Translations under genes and position numbers: made by a program | From: Eledone cirrhosa | Taxonomy: Eukaryota | Length of the DNA: 64,000 nucleotides | Assembly (NCBI GenBank): GCA_964016885.1 | Contig: OZ024742.1 | Span: forward strand, 358,112,001 to 358,176,000 | Reading direction: 5' to 3' | Shown here: one piece after another, positions 25,120 through 37,335 of the stretch | How the letters are laid out: each line of letters opens with the position of its first letter | Numbering within the stretch: the stretch's first letter is position 1 | Notes under the pieces: model-generated | Database searches by the model: none | What the model saw: the letters and a program-made list of their open reading frames with translations, nothing else | Told to the model about the DNA's origin: nothing

Positions 25120-25527
25120 ACTTATTGACACGACTCACACACTAATACTCATGCATACAAACCACAACCACACATACCAACACTCATTCATGCATACAAT
25201 CACGCACACCACTCACAAACATATATATATATACATATATTACCGACAGGTACAAAATCAAAATCAAAGTCAAAATCGTCAAAATCACTATCATGTCAAC
25301 TGTTGACCTTTCCCAGTCCAGTTCGGCTTGTATATAATAACAATAACAATAATAATTGTATATAATAACAATAACAATAATAATTGTATATATATATATA
25401 TTTATATATATATATGTATATATACATTTAATTACCTAATAAACAACACTATATAATTATTCCATTACCAAAGATTTCAGGAAAGTAACGTCCACTCATT
25501 CATCAGATGAAATAGTTAACTATTGCT

Positions 25528-26270
25528 ATATGCGCAGATTGGAAAGGAACAAAGCATGCATGCTCCATTGGATGAGTAATAGTAATATACACAAACAGCA
25601 AAACATAAACGAATTAAGTGAGAAATTAGGAATAAGAGGGATCAGATGCTGTTTATTTGAGAGAAGATTACGTTGGTATGGCCATGTGTTGCATATGAAA
25701 GATGACAGCTGTATAAAAAAAGTGCAGGGTGATCAAAATTGATGGAAGTTATGGAGTAGACCCAGAAAAACCTGGGGCAAGATGATAAAATCCGACCTCG
25801 CACACTTATACCTCTCTAAGATAATGTCACTGGATCAAGATCTTTGGCGCCATGCAGTAATACAGAAGACCCGCCTTCCCTATGTCAGTAGGCCCCTCCT
25901 AACCAAATATACAACCCACTATCCTACTCCATCTTCCCACACCCACCAACACCACCCTTTCTCTATATAGTTATGTTGGTACCACAGCATCCAGGCCAAA
26001 CTAAAGAGGTCATGTAGGTGTCACAACAAAAAAAAAAAACACAGTCCACACTGTAATATGGTCGTGTAGCAAACACGGTAAAAACCTTCCAATCCACACT
26101 GTAAATGTGGTTAGTGTTAGGAAGGACATTAAACCGTACAAAACCTGCCAGATAGTCCTATACAAGTGAGACATGGTCACCCGATCAATTTGCCTAAAGT
26201 GGGACAATTCCCGTTTAATCCCTGCTAGCGTGGAAGATAGACGTTTAGCGATGATGATGATGATGATGGT
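25528..26270 (+). mobile_element. RTE family C 3' fragment (decayed)
   Basis: MRRLERNKACMLHWM..RRLRWYGHV, a 3' UTR matching 59060-59450 and a (GAT)n tail. Confidence 0.85.
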
Positions 26271-27120
26271 GATAATATATATATATAAACAAATTTAACT
26301 CGAAAGTAGAGTTTTGAAATGCGAATGTATACGCATCTCAGGAAAAATGGAAAAACTCAGCTTATGGAAGCTCTTAGAAAAGTAAAATACTGTGAAAGCG
26401 ACCTTGGGTAAAATATTAGCACGAAGGAGAGAGATCAGCGGCCAGATGTGAGTTGACTGAAAGGAAGAGAAGATAGGAAGAAAAAGAATGAATGGAAGCT
26501 AACAGGTGACAAACATTAATATACGCTCATCAGATCTCAACTTCCAACAGTTTCAACGAATTAATGAGATTACTGCGGGGATAGGAAGCTCGTAAAGGAG
26601 AACCAAATGTCTTCATTCATATATTGTTTGTGTTGGGACAGGTGAGAGAGTGAGTGAAAGATGAAGTGCATATGATTGACCCCAAGTTGTCGCAAGATAG
26701 GAAGAATGTTGGCGCCAGTAGGGCTGGCTTGTAGAAGGGAGAGCTCTCTCCTTACTGTGTTTGGATGATGATGATTTGTATCTATAGTAGTTCATTATAT
26801 TTCATTTGTATACTATGGTATCATGAAACATTGCTATCTACATACACAGATAACATGAACACAATATATCTATTAATGACATTTTTTATGTCTATAGTAC
26901 AGTTCAACTGTTTGGGAAATACATCTTATGAGAGACTGTTATCATATCCTGGAGAAAAATCATTTCTTATTTACATAATATCATGAAGACTTCACAGGGC
27001 CAAGTTTCTGTAAAATTAGACAAATATGAAAGAGAAATTTTTCCCCTGGACACATTGCTATTCTATTACAGAAAACTTTCCTATTAGCTCTTGTATGTAT
27101 TCCTGAGAAATAAATGTACT

Positions 27121-27157
27121 ATGACTATGACTGTATGTATATATGTATGTATATATG

Positions 27158-27226
<69 letters not shown>

Positions 27227-27248
27227 ATGTATGTATATATGTATGTAT

Positions 27249-27279
<31 letters not shown>

Positions 27280-27322
27280 TATATGTATGTATGTATATAT
27301 GTATATATGTATATATGTATAT

Positions 27323-27353
<31 letters not shown>

Positions 27354-27383
27354 TATATGTATGTATGTATATATGTATATGTA

Positions 27384-27447
<64 letters not shown>

Positions 27448-27618
27448 TATGTATATGCATATATACATATACATATATATGTATGTATATATCCATATAT
27501 ACATATATACATATATACATATACATATATACATATATACATATATACATATATACATATATACATATGTATGTATGTGTGTATGTATATATGAATATAT
27601 GTATATATATATATATGT

Positions 27619-27649
<31 letters not shown>

Positions 27650-27694
27650 TATATGTATGTATGTATATATGTATATATGTATATATATATGTAT

Positions 27695-27725
<31 letters not shown>

Positions 27726-27866
27726 TATGCATATATACATATACATATATATGTATGTATATATGCATATATACGTATATACATATATACATATACATAT
27801 ATACATATATACATATATACATATATACATATATATGTATGTATGTATGTGTGTGTGTGTGTGTGT
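27121..27866. repeat. (TA)n/(TATG)n/(CATA)n compound microsatellite
   Basis: direct reading; alternating TATG-rich and CATA-rich blocks. Confidence 0.95.
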
Positions 27867-28691
27867 CTGTTCTTCTGGTTGATTTTGAGAATTTTTACCA
27901 ATAGAGAGAGAGTTTCAAGACTTTTATTGCAATTTAAACATCAACTAGGCAGATATGTCTGTATGTCTGCATGTATGCGTGTGTGCGTGCAGGTATGGAT
28001 GCTATAGTATGTGTGGATGTGTATGTTTTGAGTTATGTGTGCATGTGTATATGCATTGTATCTGTACATATGCTCATGCAGTTATTACATGCAGAATTTT
28101 TGGAATGTTTTACATATTTTACTGTTCCATTAATGGATTGTACTTGTAATGTATGTATGTTCTGATTTTATAATTTTATAAATTTTTACCTACAGAGAGT
28201 TAGTTTTTAACATAGACAAGACTCTTTCATTGAAATTTAGACATTAACTAGGTAGATATGTATGTATGTTTGTATGTGTGTGCAGGTATGGATGTTATTG
28301 TGTGTGGATGTCTGTTTTGAGTTATATGTGTGCATGTATGTACATACATATCTTTGTATATACATTTGTATACATATACATACATACATAATTCCCGTAT
28401 GTATGTATATACATGTGTGCTCATTTCCCTGTTGGTGTTTATGTTTACTGCTATAAAATGGCATTTTGTGTTGTCTCCTTTTAAGTCAAAACCTGAAATG
28501 TAGAGAAATAGATACCTGTAACCTAAACACCTGACTGAAATATGTACTGAGGTTGATATGACTAACAGCCATGAAACCAGTGTACCTACCAACATGAGTG
28601 TAGTCTAATAATTGAAACACTGTTATTTAGCATTCATTTTGTAACTAGTAGCCAGATAGTATCAGTCAACAAAAGGCTTTATTCATTTTAA

Positions 28692-29250
28692 CAATAATTG
28701 TTTCTACTTTTGGCACAAGACCAGCAAATACCCAGTGCATTACTGGTACTTTATTTTATCGACCCTGTAAGGCAAAGTTAACCTCGATGGGATTTGAACT
28801 CAGATCATAAAGGGCCATACCTCTATGCTCCAAAGTATGGCATCCAACCCTCTACCGATACTGCCAATCCATCGCCCTTCATTTTAATAATAATTGTTTT
28901 TACTTTTGGCACAAGGCCAGCAATTACCCAGTACATTACTGGTACTTTATTTTATCGACCCCGTAAGGATGAAAGGCAAAGTTAACTTCGGCGGGATTTG
29001 AACGCAGATCGTAAAGTGAGGTAACTATGCTGGAAAGCATGTCTGACTCTCTACCAATACGGCCAACAATTTTGGGGGGAGGGTAAAGTCGATTAAATTG
29101 ACCCATTATATTACTGGTACTTTATTTTAACAACTTCAGAATAATTAAACACAAAGCTAACCATGGCAGGAATTGAACTCAGAACGTAAAGGGCCGCAAC
29201 TATGTGCCATAAAGCATGTTGTCCAACGCTCTACTGATATTGCCAATCCA
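28692..29250 (-). mobile_element. Three tandem SINE family 1 copies
   Basis: starts near 28692, 28888 and 29065; each has ctggtactttatttta and tgaactcaga-like motifs; the third is a longer-tail variant. Confidence 0.8.
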
Positions 29251-29554
29251 ACATCTTTATTTATTCAGTTTAATAATAATATAAACTATATAGAAATTAT
29301 AAAGTGAGGGATCTAAATGTAAGCAGATCAATAAAATAGTAAAATTTCATAACATTTTGTCTGTTTCATTAGATTTCCAATATTGATTGTTATCTGGCAG
29401 TTAACCCTCTAATCTGACCAACATGTGTTGTAGTAATGACACTATAAGTTGATTTCTCTCTTTGTTAGTTATGTTACTTTTAAAAGACTACCAACATTGG
29501 AAGTTCAATATATGATTACAGGTCTAACAAATATTAAAAAAATCTTTGAGTACA

Positions 29555-29750
29555 TGGAGTGAGACTTCTAGTGTCCTTGGCCCTACGGCTACCTCCCTAT
29601 TCATCACCATAGGCGCTGAGCTGGCCAGCCGCAGATGTGAGCCTCGCGAGTTGGAATGGCTCTTCCAGCAGCGCATCTCCCTTACCATCTTCTGGGAAAA
29701 TGCCTTCTCCATCCTGTCCGCTGGGGCTGTGGGGAGGCCACCACGTGGAA
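29555..29750 (+). mobile_element. CRE-clade non-LTR retrotransposon 3' remnant
   Basis: ETSSVLGPTATSLFITIGAELASRRCEPRELEWLFQQRISLTIFWENAFSIL resembles the RLE C-terminus ETxGxxGP..QRISxAxQRGNAxSI. Confidence 0.65.
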
Positions 29751-31042
29751 CCCCATTTGCTCACCATACAAATTAATAGGCAAAGTTATAAATGATTGTA
29801 AATAAAATTAATATGTGTAAAAAAAATAAAAGATTTAACAACAGAAACTTTTGTTTTACAATTTGCCTTATTTTCTTATTTTCCTTTTCTTTTTCGCTTC
29901 CTTATGACATATTCTGCCTTCCACTGAATATCTTATTTATATTTTATTTTATTTTAGCCTTTTTTATTTGTTTTTTTAATTATCCCACTAACTCCTTTTG
30001 ATTACCAACTGTAAGGAGTACTCAATACCTCCCTGAGTCTCTCATGGCTTACTAGCTCTATAGCGACGATTAAATAAAATAAATAATTGAATAAGTAAAT
30101 ACTATTGCTAAAAACATTAGCATGAAGCTTATCTTTATCAGTAGTTGTTATTTCTTGTTTTATATTATTAACTGGATTTTCATTAATGCTTAATAAATTA
30201 TCGACATCTTCATTATTAGACATGTTATTATTGTTGTTAATGGAATTATTTTTATTATATCGTGAGATGTGTCTCATAGAGGCCATGTCTATTGGGCCAT
30301 TTTCAAGTTGTCTTTTAGCAAATTATAGTAAAATTGTCTCCTTTGAGTTAACCTTTGCCATTTGATCTTCTAATCTTGTAACTATATGACGCCAATGAAG
30401 TAATATTCAACCAGGCTGGTGTAAAAAGATCACGTGTATGATGACCTTGGATACATTTTTTATTAATCTCAAGAAATCAATCATGCAAAGTTGGATTTGT
30501 TGTTATACATAGTGCGGTCATGCAGGAAAAAGAGAGAAGTAAAACCATTTCACAGTTATCTTTACTGAAACCATTAGACATAATAAGGAGTTTATTTATT
30601 TTTTGTAATGTTCTGTTGGTTTGTCCACATTTGTCATTGTCTTATGGGAATAAAGTAAAGTCCTAGCTCTCAGAACATCATTTACCACCTTTGACTTGGG
30701 TGCCATCATCCGAGTGCATGATGTCTGCCGGACTGAAAATGAAAATACTGTTTTAAGGTTTATAACTATGTCAGAATAAATATCTGTCCAAGAAAAAACT
30801 TTTCTGACCTCACAAGACATTTTTCTATACCTGCATCCTAAGTGCCCAGTAGCTTATGCAATAGGAAACCTTGTCAAAGGCTTTCTTCAGATCCCCAGAT
30901 ACTAGGCATATGGGCTTACTCTGATCTAAATACTTTTGCAGTCTAAAAATGAATATGGCATAGGTAATACCCCTACCCCCCATAAAGCTGAACTGTATTT
31001 CATCTAAATTTAATTCTATGCCTAATTAATTGCATTCTAACT

Positions 31043-31083
<41 letters not shown>

Positions 31084-31167
31084 GGAAAAATTTGAACAGG
31101 GACAAAACAGAGAGGCAGTACAACGAATGTTTATTAATTTCACGCTCTGGAGAGTGGGGTGTTGGTT

Positions 31168-31210
31168 GGGGACGACGTTTCGGGCATAAGCCCTTCCTCA
31201 GGTGAGAAGT
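31168..31210 (-). ncRNA. Minimal hammerhead ribozyme motif in the PLE 3' end
   Basis: minus strand CUGAGGA-A-GGGC-UUAU-GCCC-GAAACGUC: core CUGANGA/GAAA, 4-bp stem II, minimal stem III; stem I is weak. Confidence 0.7.
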
Positions 31211-32707
31211 GTGTGGGAACAGAGTTCAAAGGGTGTGTAGGGGAGTGGTGGAGAGACATATAGCGAAAGGAAACGGTGCAAATGAAAAAATGAAAAAATA
31301 AAGATAAAAATAAAAATAAAGCATGATCAAAATACAAGGAATGAAATAAATTTAAATATAAAAGCATGATCAAAATAAACTGAAATTAAAAGCGGGGTAA
31401 AACAGGTGGTGGAAGGGTGTGGGGTGTGTAGGGGTTGTTGCGGGTGGAGTGGGGAGAGGGAGACGGGGTGTCCGAGCGGGGAGGGCTGAAGGTGGTGTGT
31501 GTGTGTAGGTGTACGTGTGTGTGTGTGTGTGTATGTGAAAGTAAGGGTTGGGGGAAGAACGGGGTGGCATGTTCAGGAAGAGGTGTGTGTGTGGGGGGGG
31601 GGAGTCGGAGTGTCTGTGCGTGTGTGGATAGAGGGGTGGGGGGAGAGGAATCAGGAGGCTGGGGGTGTAAATATGTGGTGGAAAGCACGTGTGTGTGGGG
31701 TTTAAGCGTGTTGTGGGTGTAGGTGGCGTGTGAATAAAAAATTTTTTTTTGGGTGTGTGTGGGTGAGTTCTATAGGTGATTACGTAAGAGGATGGTTGAA
31801 AAGTAGGTAAATTCCAAAGGTGTATAGCGGATTTTGTGTTGGTCAATTTCTGCGTGCGGGTATTCCATGAAGCGACGGTCGGAAGAGGAGAGATGTGGGG
31901 TGCGCGCGCAACAGGAAGTGGTCAAGCAGTGGGAGTGTGGGTGTCTGTTTGTGCTGGGATGTGGTCAGAGGGCATAGCAGCAGTCGGTGGAATGGTAAAG
32001 GGGCGAGGATGAGTAGGTGTGAAAGTTGGAGCGAGGAGGGTGTGTGTGTGTGTATTAGTAGAGGTGTTAGTGGGATGAGTGAGTGTGGAGCGAGGGTGTG
32101 GGTGGAGCGGGGAGAGAAGGGTGTGTGTGGTTCTATGGAGGGAGTGTGGTGTACTGGTGTGTGTGTAGTTTGATGAAGGGGTGTTAGTGGGTGTTAGTAT
32201 ACGGGAGGTGGGGAGGTGTTGAATGCAGGTGTGAGAGGGGGTTAGTGGTGGTGGGGTGTGTAGAGTTGGTGGTGTACGAGGGTGTGTGGGTACGTGTGCG
32301 TGGGGTTGGGCGGTGTTAGTGATGTTAGTTGCGTGTGGGGTGGGTGGTGTAAGTGGGTGCGTGTGTTCGTGTGCTTGGGGTTAGGGGGTGTTAGTGAGTT
32401 TAGTTGCGGAGTGGTGGGATGGAGGTGTGGGGGTGAGAGGTGTGTGGGAGTGAGGGTTAGTGGTGGTAGTAGGGTGTGTGTTTAGTGTGAGCGCGTGTAT
32501 ATATGTGCCGGTGGGTGTGTGCGTGTGATAAGGAGGGGGGAGGAGGAGAAGAAGGGAGGGATGTTAGTATGTTAGTTGGGGAAGGGTGGTCAGATGAGGG
32601 GTGGAGTGGAGGTGTTAGTATTGTTAGTTGTGGGGTGGGCGGTGAAAAGGAGGGGTGTGTTAGTGGTGTTAGTGGGGGTAAGTGTGGGGGGAGGGGGCGG
32701 TCGAAGG

Positions 32708-34439
32708 CTAAAGGAATAAGGGTGGGGAGTTCAGGCCGGGGATAGTGTGGGTCTGTAAGATGAAGATAGTTCGTTGTTCGACCGTAAGGCGATTGGCGGG
32801 TCTTCCGTGGCACTGAGGTAGGCCACAGACTGTGAGATGGCGTGCGGAATGTCCAGGGCCACCAAAGTGGCGGGCGATGGGGGAACTACCCTCGAGACGA
32901 ATATCCCGGAGGTGCTCGGTGAATCGGTCCGCCAGGCGACGCCCCGTCTGTCCGTAAACTAGGTTGGAGGAGGTGCAGTGGAAGGCATGCCGGACAGAGA
33001 GAGAGTGGCCGTTGGGACCCTGGAAGGTGGTGGTGTTGGTGATGTGGGGACAGGTGTTGTAGCGGGGCTTCGAACAGGGAAAGGAACCGGGGGGGGGAAA
33101 GAGCGTTGGTTGGGGGGTAGGGAGCTGTGGACGAGGAGGGTGCGGAGATTGCGTGCGCGTTTGAAGGAGGGGAGTGGTGGTGTTGGGAAGATGTGGGAGG
33201 TGGAGGGGTCGGACTGGAGGCGTCGGAAGAGGCGGCGGATGGTGCAGTGGAAGGGTAAGGTGGAGGGGTGGTAAGTGATGGGGAAGGGGAGACGGTGGGT
33301 GGGTGTGCGGTGGCGTGGGGTGAGGGTGGTGGAGCGGGGGACAGCACGGGCGCGGGTGAGAGCGGTGTGGACGAGAGGGTGGGTGGGGGGTGGGTGGGGG
33401 GGTAACCTCTGCGGATGAAATGGCTGACTAGGGAAAGGGCCTGGGACTCGAAGTCAGCATCTCGGCTACAGAGGCGGCGGATCCTGAGAAGTTGGGAGTA
33501 GGGAATGGAGAGTTTAGTGTGGGTGGGGTGGGAAGAGGTGAAGTCGAGGTAAGAGTGGGAGTCGGTGGGTTTGAAGAAGGCGGAGGTGACGAGGGAGTGG
33601 TGGGAGGGGTCGAAGGCGACGGTGATGTCTAAGAAGTGGACGTGGGAGGTGGAGATAGAGGTGGTGAAGTGGAGGGAGGGGTGGAAGGAGCAGAAGAAGG
33701 AGAGAAAGGAGTCGAGCTGTTCTCGGGTGAGGGTCGTGGCTCCGATACAGTCGTCAATGTAACGACCGTACAGTTCGGGCGTGGGGCCGGTGTACTGGGC
33801 AAAGATTTGGGCCTCAACATGGCCAACAAAAAGGTTGGCATAGTTCGGGCCCATTCTTGTGCCCATGGCTACCCCCGTGACCTGTTGGTAAAACTCACCC
33901 TAGAAGGAGAAACAATTTAGGGTGAGGACCAGCTCGGTGAGGCGAAGGAGGGTGGGGGTGGAGGGAATGGGGGAGGGGCGAAGGTCGAGGTAGTGTTTGA
34001 GGGCGCGTAGGCCGTCGGCGTGGGGGATGACTGTATAGAGGGACTTGATGTCTAGGGTGAAGAGGAAGGGCTGTGGGCCGGGTAGGTAGGTGAAGGAGTC
34101 GAAAAGGCGCAGGGCTTGGTTGGTGTCGGAGATGTGGGAGGGGAGGGTGGTGACAAGGGGGGCGAGGAGGGAGTCGAGAAAGGCAGAGATGAGTTCGGTG
34201 GGGCAGTTGCAAGCGGAGACGATGGGGCGGCCGGGGTTGTCGGGTTTGTGGAGTTTAGGGAGGAAGTAGATGGTGGGGGTGCGGGGGGTGCGGGTGATGA
34301 GGTGGGAAGCGGGGGGGGGGCGATAAGGTCTTTGATGGTGGAGGAGACTTGTTGTTGGTAGAGGGGGGTGGGATCGGAGGGTAGAGGGCGGTAAAAGAGG
34401 GGGTTACAGAGCTGCCTGAGGGCTTCGGCCGTGTAGAGG

Positions 34440-34440
<1 letters not shown>
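32708..34440 (-). pseudogene. PLE reverse transcriptase / GIY-YIG ORF with a stop and frameshifts
   Basis: YFLPKLHKPDNPGRPIVS, TLDIKSLYTVIPH, NCFSF*GEFYQQVTGVAMGTRMGPNYANLF, YGRYIDD, KPTDSHSYLDFTSSHP, GQTGRRLADRFTEHLR, EQRTIFILQTHTIPGLN. Confidence 0.88.
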
Positions 34441-34475
<35 letters not shown>

Positions 34476-34914
34476 TGTATATATACTGTATATATATGCA
34501 AGCAGTGAAAAGCAGATGTAAAATGAAATGAAATCTATAAAATAATAATTTAGTGGTTGAATGATTCAGTCTTGACAGTTTTTATGCAGTTTTTCCTGAA
34601 GTTTAAAGTCTAAAGTTGATCTGAAGCCAGGAAGCTCCTCTGGCTGGTGCTCATCCTGGTTTCATCATGTGAAGTGACTGAGAGTACAAGACACCCTCCT
34701 GGACAGAACATCAGTTCACTGCAGATTTAAACTCCCAGCTATAGCTGGGACTCATTTTCAGCTGAGTATACTCGAGCAACATGAAATGAAGTGTTTTGGT
34801 CAAGAATACAAAACACAACCCAGCCCAGAAATCAAACCCATGACATTAAGATGATGTCCAACATCCTTAGCATTAGGCCATACAACTTGCGTAGGGGAGA
34901 GATATGTGAATATA

Positions 34915-36070
34915 GCTACTGGGGTGTGCTATTGGAGAGGTTTGCTACTAATGAGAGCTAATGAAGTGGGGGAGGGGGTGCATGAGAATTGGTCAGGTCA
35001 CATATTATGCTGGTAGGCAAGTCTTCGCCAGTACAGTACATCACCAATGTACAATCCTAAAACTATGGGAGAGAGAGAATAATAATGAGATTGTGTGTTG
35101 TCTATGTCTAGACAGTTAATTAATCAATAAACTACCTTTTACTCTACAGAGATACTTACATCTAACTTGATTGTTACACATGAATGCAATCTCTTTAATG
35201 GTTTTAACCCCAGAATGACTTTTGAGCAACACAGTATATATGAAAGTAAGAATGTTTTTTCCAAAGAGGAACAGAGAAATAAAACAGTTAAAGAAGTTAG
35301 TCATTACATTAGTAGAGAAGATACAAATTAATTTCCTATAGAAATGACATTTATTGAGCCAGAACTATTTCATTCATGGGAAACAATTCTGGTCACACAG
35401 AAGTCATTTTTGTATGAAATGTATTGTGACACCAGTACTAGAGTGGTTGTCATGTCCTTGATACAACTGAAGGGTCCTCTCAAACCATTTTAGGCATAGT
35501 TTCTACAGTAAGGTGTCTTTCCAATTACTAACCAGCTTATAGGGTGTACAGACTGCATTTTTGTGCCCTCAGCACTATAGAGGTTGTTATTGTCCTAACT
35601 GTAAAGTTCATTTTGTTCTGAGGTGGAGGAGGAAAGACAGATATAATGAAGATGAATAGGATTTCATGCATGTATGGCAGGTGTGGTGGGATTTGTTGGT
35701 TTATGAGTAAGAAGGAAGGGTTGATTTCTGGTGGCATAGGTAGGGTTAGTCACAGGTGTGTCAGGAGTTTTAAAGAAAGGTTGTAGTGATGATTAGGTGA
35801 TAGTGGCAGGGCATGGATGGGCTGGTTGATTGGGTAGGAGAGACGTTTTAGTGATGGTGAGATTAACTAAGTAGTGATAGTGGGGTTGTCATGGATATGG
35901 GATATGGTGGACAGTGATGGTGAGTATGGTTACTGAGGTGTGCTATTGTAGAAGGTTGCTACTAATGAGTGCTAATGAAGGGGGGGGGGGGGGGGGTTGC
36001 ATGGGAATTGGTCAACTCATATTTTATGCTGGTAGGCAAGTCTTCTCCAGTTTAGCATATCATCAATTCT
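34915..36070. repeat. Two ~140-bp diverged direct repeats (34915-35050 and 35930-36070)
   Basis: shared gtgtgctattg..ttgctactaatgag.gctaatgaag..tatgctggtaggcaagtcttc. Confidence 0.7.
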
Positions 36071-37115
36071 GACAGTCCTTTGTCATCTGTGGCTCAGTTT
36101 TGTAAGGTCAGTCTTCGCTACTTCAACTGAAGTCTTCCAGGCTTTACCTAAGGTCCCAGCAACTTTCATGATGTCATCCATCAACTTGATGCCTCAATAA
36201 TTACCTCACTCTAATGCCATTCAAATTACAGGTACAACTCATTTTTGCTAGTTTAGTGGACTGGAACAATGTGAAATAAAGTGTCTTGCTCAAGGACACA
36301 ACACGTCACTGGGAATCAAATTCATAACCTTACAATTGTAAGCCAAATACTCTAACCACAAAGCCAAGCACCTTCACATTGTTACATAGAGACAGATAAA
36401 CACACACATGCACACACTCACATATACATGTACATATACATATATGCATGCACACACACACATGCACACACTGACATATACATATATGCATACACACACA
36501 CACAACAGTATCTGTCCACCAGATCCTCTCACAGAGGCTGCAGTAGAAGACTTGTACAGTAGGATGAAACACCAAATTATATATTTGGGAAACAAAATTC
36601 TTAACCACACAGCTATGTCTACACCTGATTATACATTTTTTAAAGAATTAATAAATTTCTTTAAAATGCGTTGCCAGGGTAAGGTGCTATGAAAATGGTA
36701 TTTAGAATTTCAACAAACTAAACATGGATGGTAGAAATGGCAGTTGTTCTTGTTATACAATAAAAGTTTGATAAATTCTAGTTCACACTCTAAATTGAAA
36801 TATCATAAAATCTAAAATTCCAATTCAAAGTCAAACAAATTCTCTTTCAGTGAATAACGTCTCTTAATGGAAGGTCAATAACTACAACAGTTCTTCAAAT
36901 TAAGATGATGATTGATGATGATGATGATGACATCTAACCATAATGTTTTAATTATATTCCTTGGCTTATACACAGGGCTTGGACTGTCACCCACCCTTGC
37001 AAGCAGGGAAAAGCAGACGTAAAATGATGATGATAATGATGATGATGATGATATATGTGGTGCCTTTCTAAAATGTCAATTTACAAAAGGTTGGAATTTT
37101 TAAAAATAACTTTAA

Positions 37116-37335
37116 CCCTTTAGCATTTAAACCGGCCATATCCAGCCAGTGATCTGTCACTTCTTTCTGTTCAAACTGGCCATAACTGGCCACTCATAAT
37201 ATCAAGGATAAGGTATTGTTCTCAAAATAAATATCAAAATCTCATAGATGTGATATTATGTGAGATATTATGTAAGATAAAGCCTTCACCACAAAAATAC
37301 AATAGTAGATATAGAGTAATGTAAATGCTAGAGGG
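37116..37335. mobile_element. piggyBac-type MITE (220 bp)
   Basis: TTAA|CCCTTTAGCATTTA ... TAAATGCTAGAGGG|TTAA. Confidence 0.85.

Larger units (their letters stand above)
31081..34441 (-). mobile_element. Penelope-like element (RT + GIY-YIG), 5'-truncated and decayed, between two (TA)n tracts
   Basis: RT and GIY-YIG remnants, ~1.6-kb C/A-rich 3' region, hammerhead motif and AATAAA just before the 3' (TA)n. Confidence 0.88.

Noticed and set aside
26295-26560. Possible degenerate hammerheads (CTGATGAG, CTGAGA..CAAAAC on the minus strand) and a PLE remnant
   Set aside because: No complete CUGANGA plus GAAA core; too decayed to call.
27058-28007. Long YI/YM-rich ORFs (also at 9.8-10.2, 54.4-55.0 and 62.8-63.2 kb)
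   Set aside because: Translations of (TA)n/(TG)n microsatellites, which lack stop codons.
30600-30900. DLKKAFDK-like RT motif on the minus strand (and an RTE-like piece at 48430-48600)
   Set aside because: Probably very old LINE debris, but too degraded to delimit or classify.
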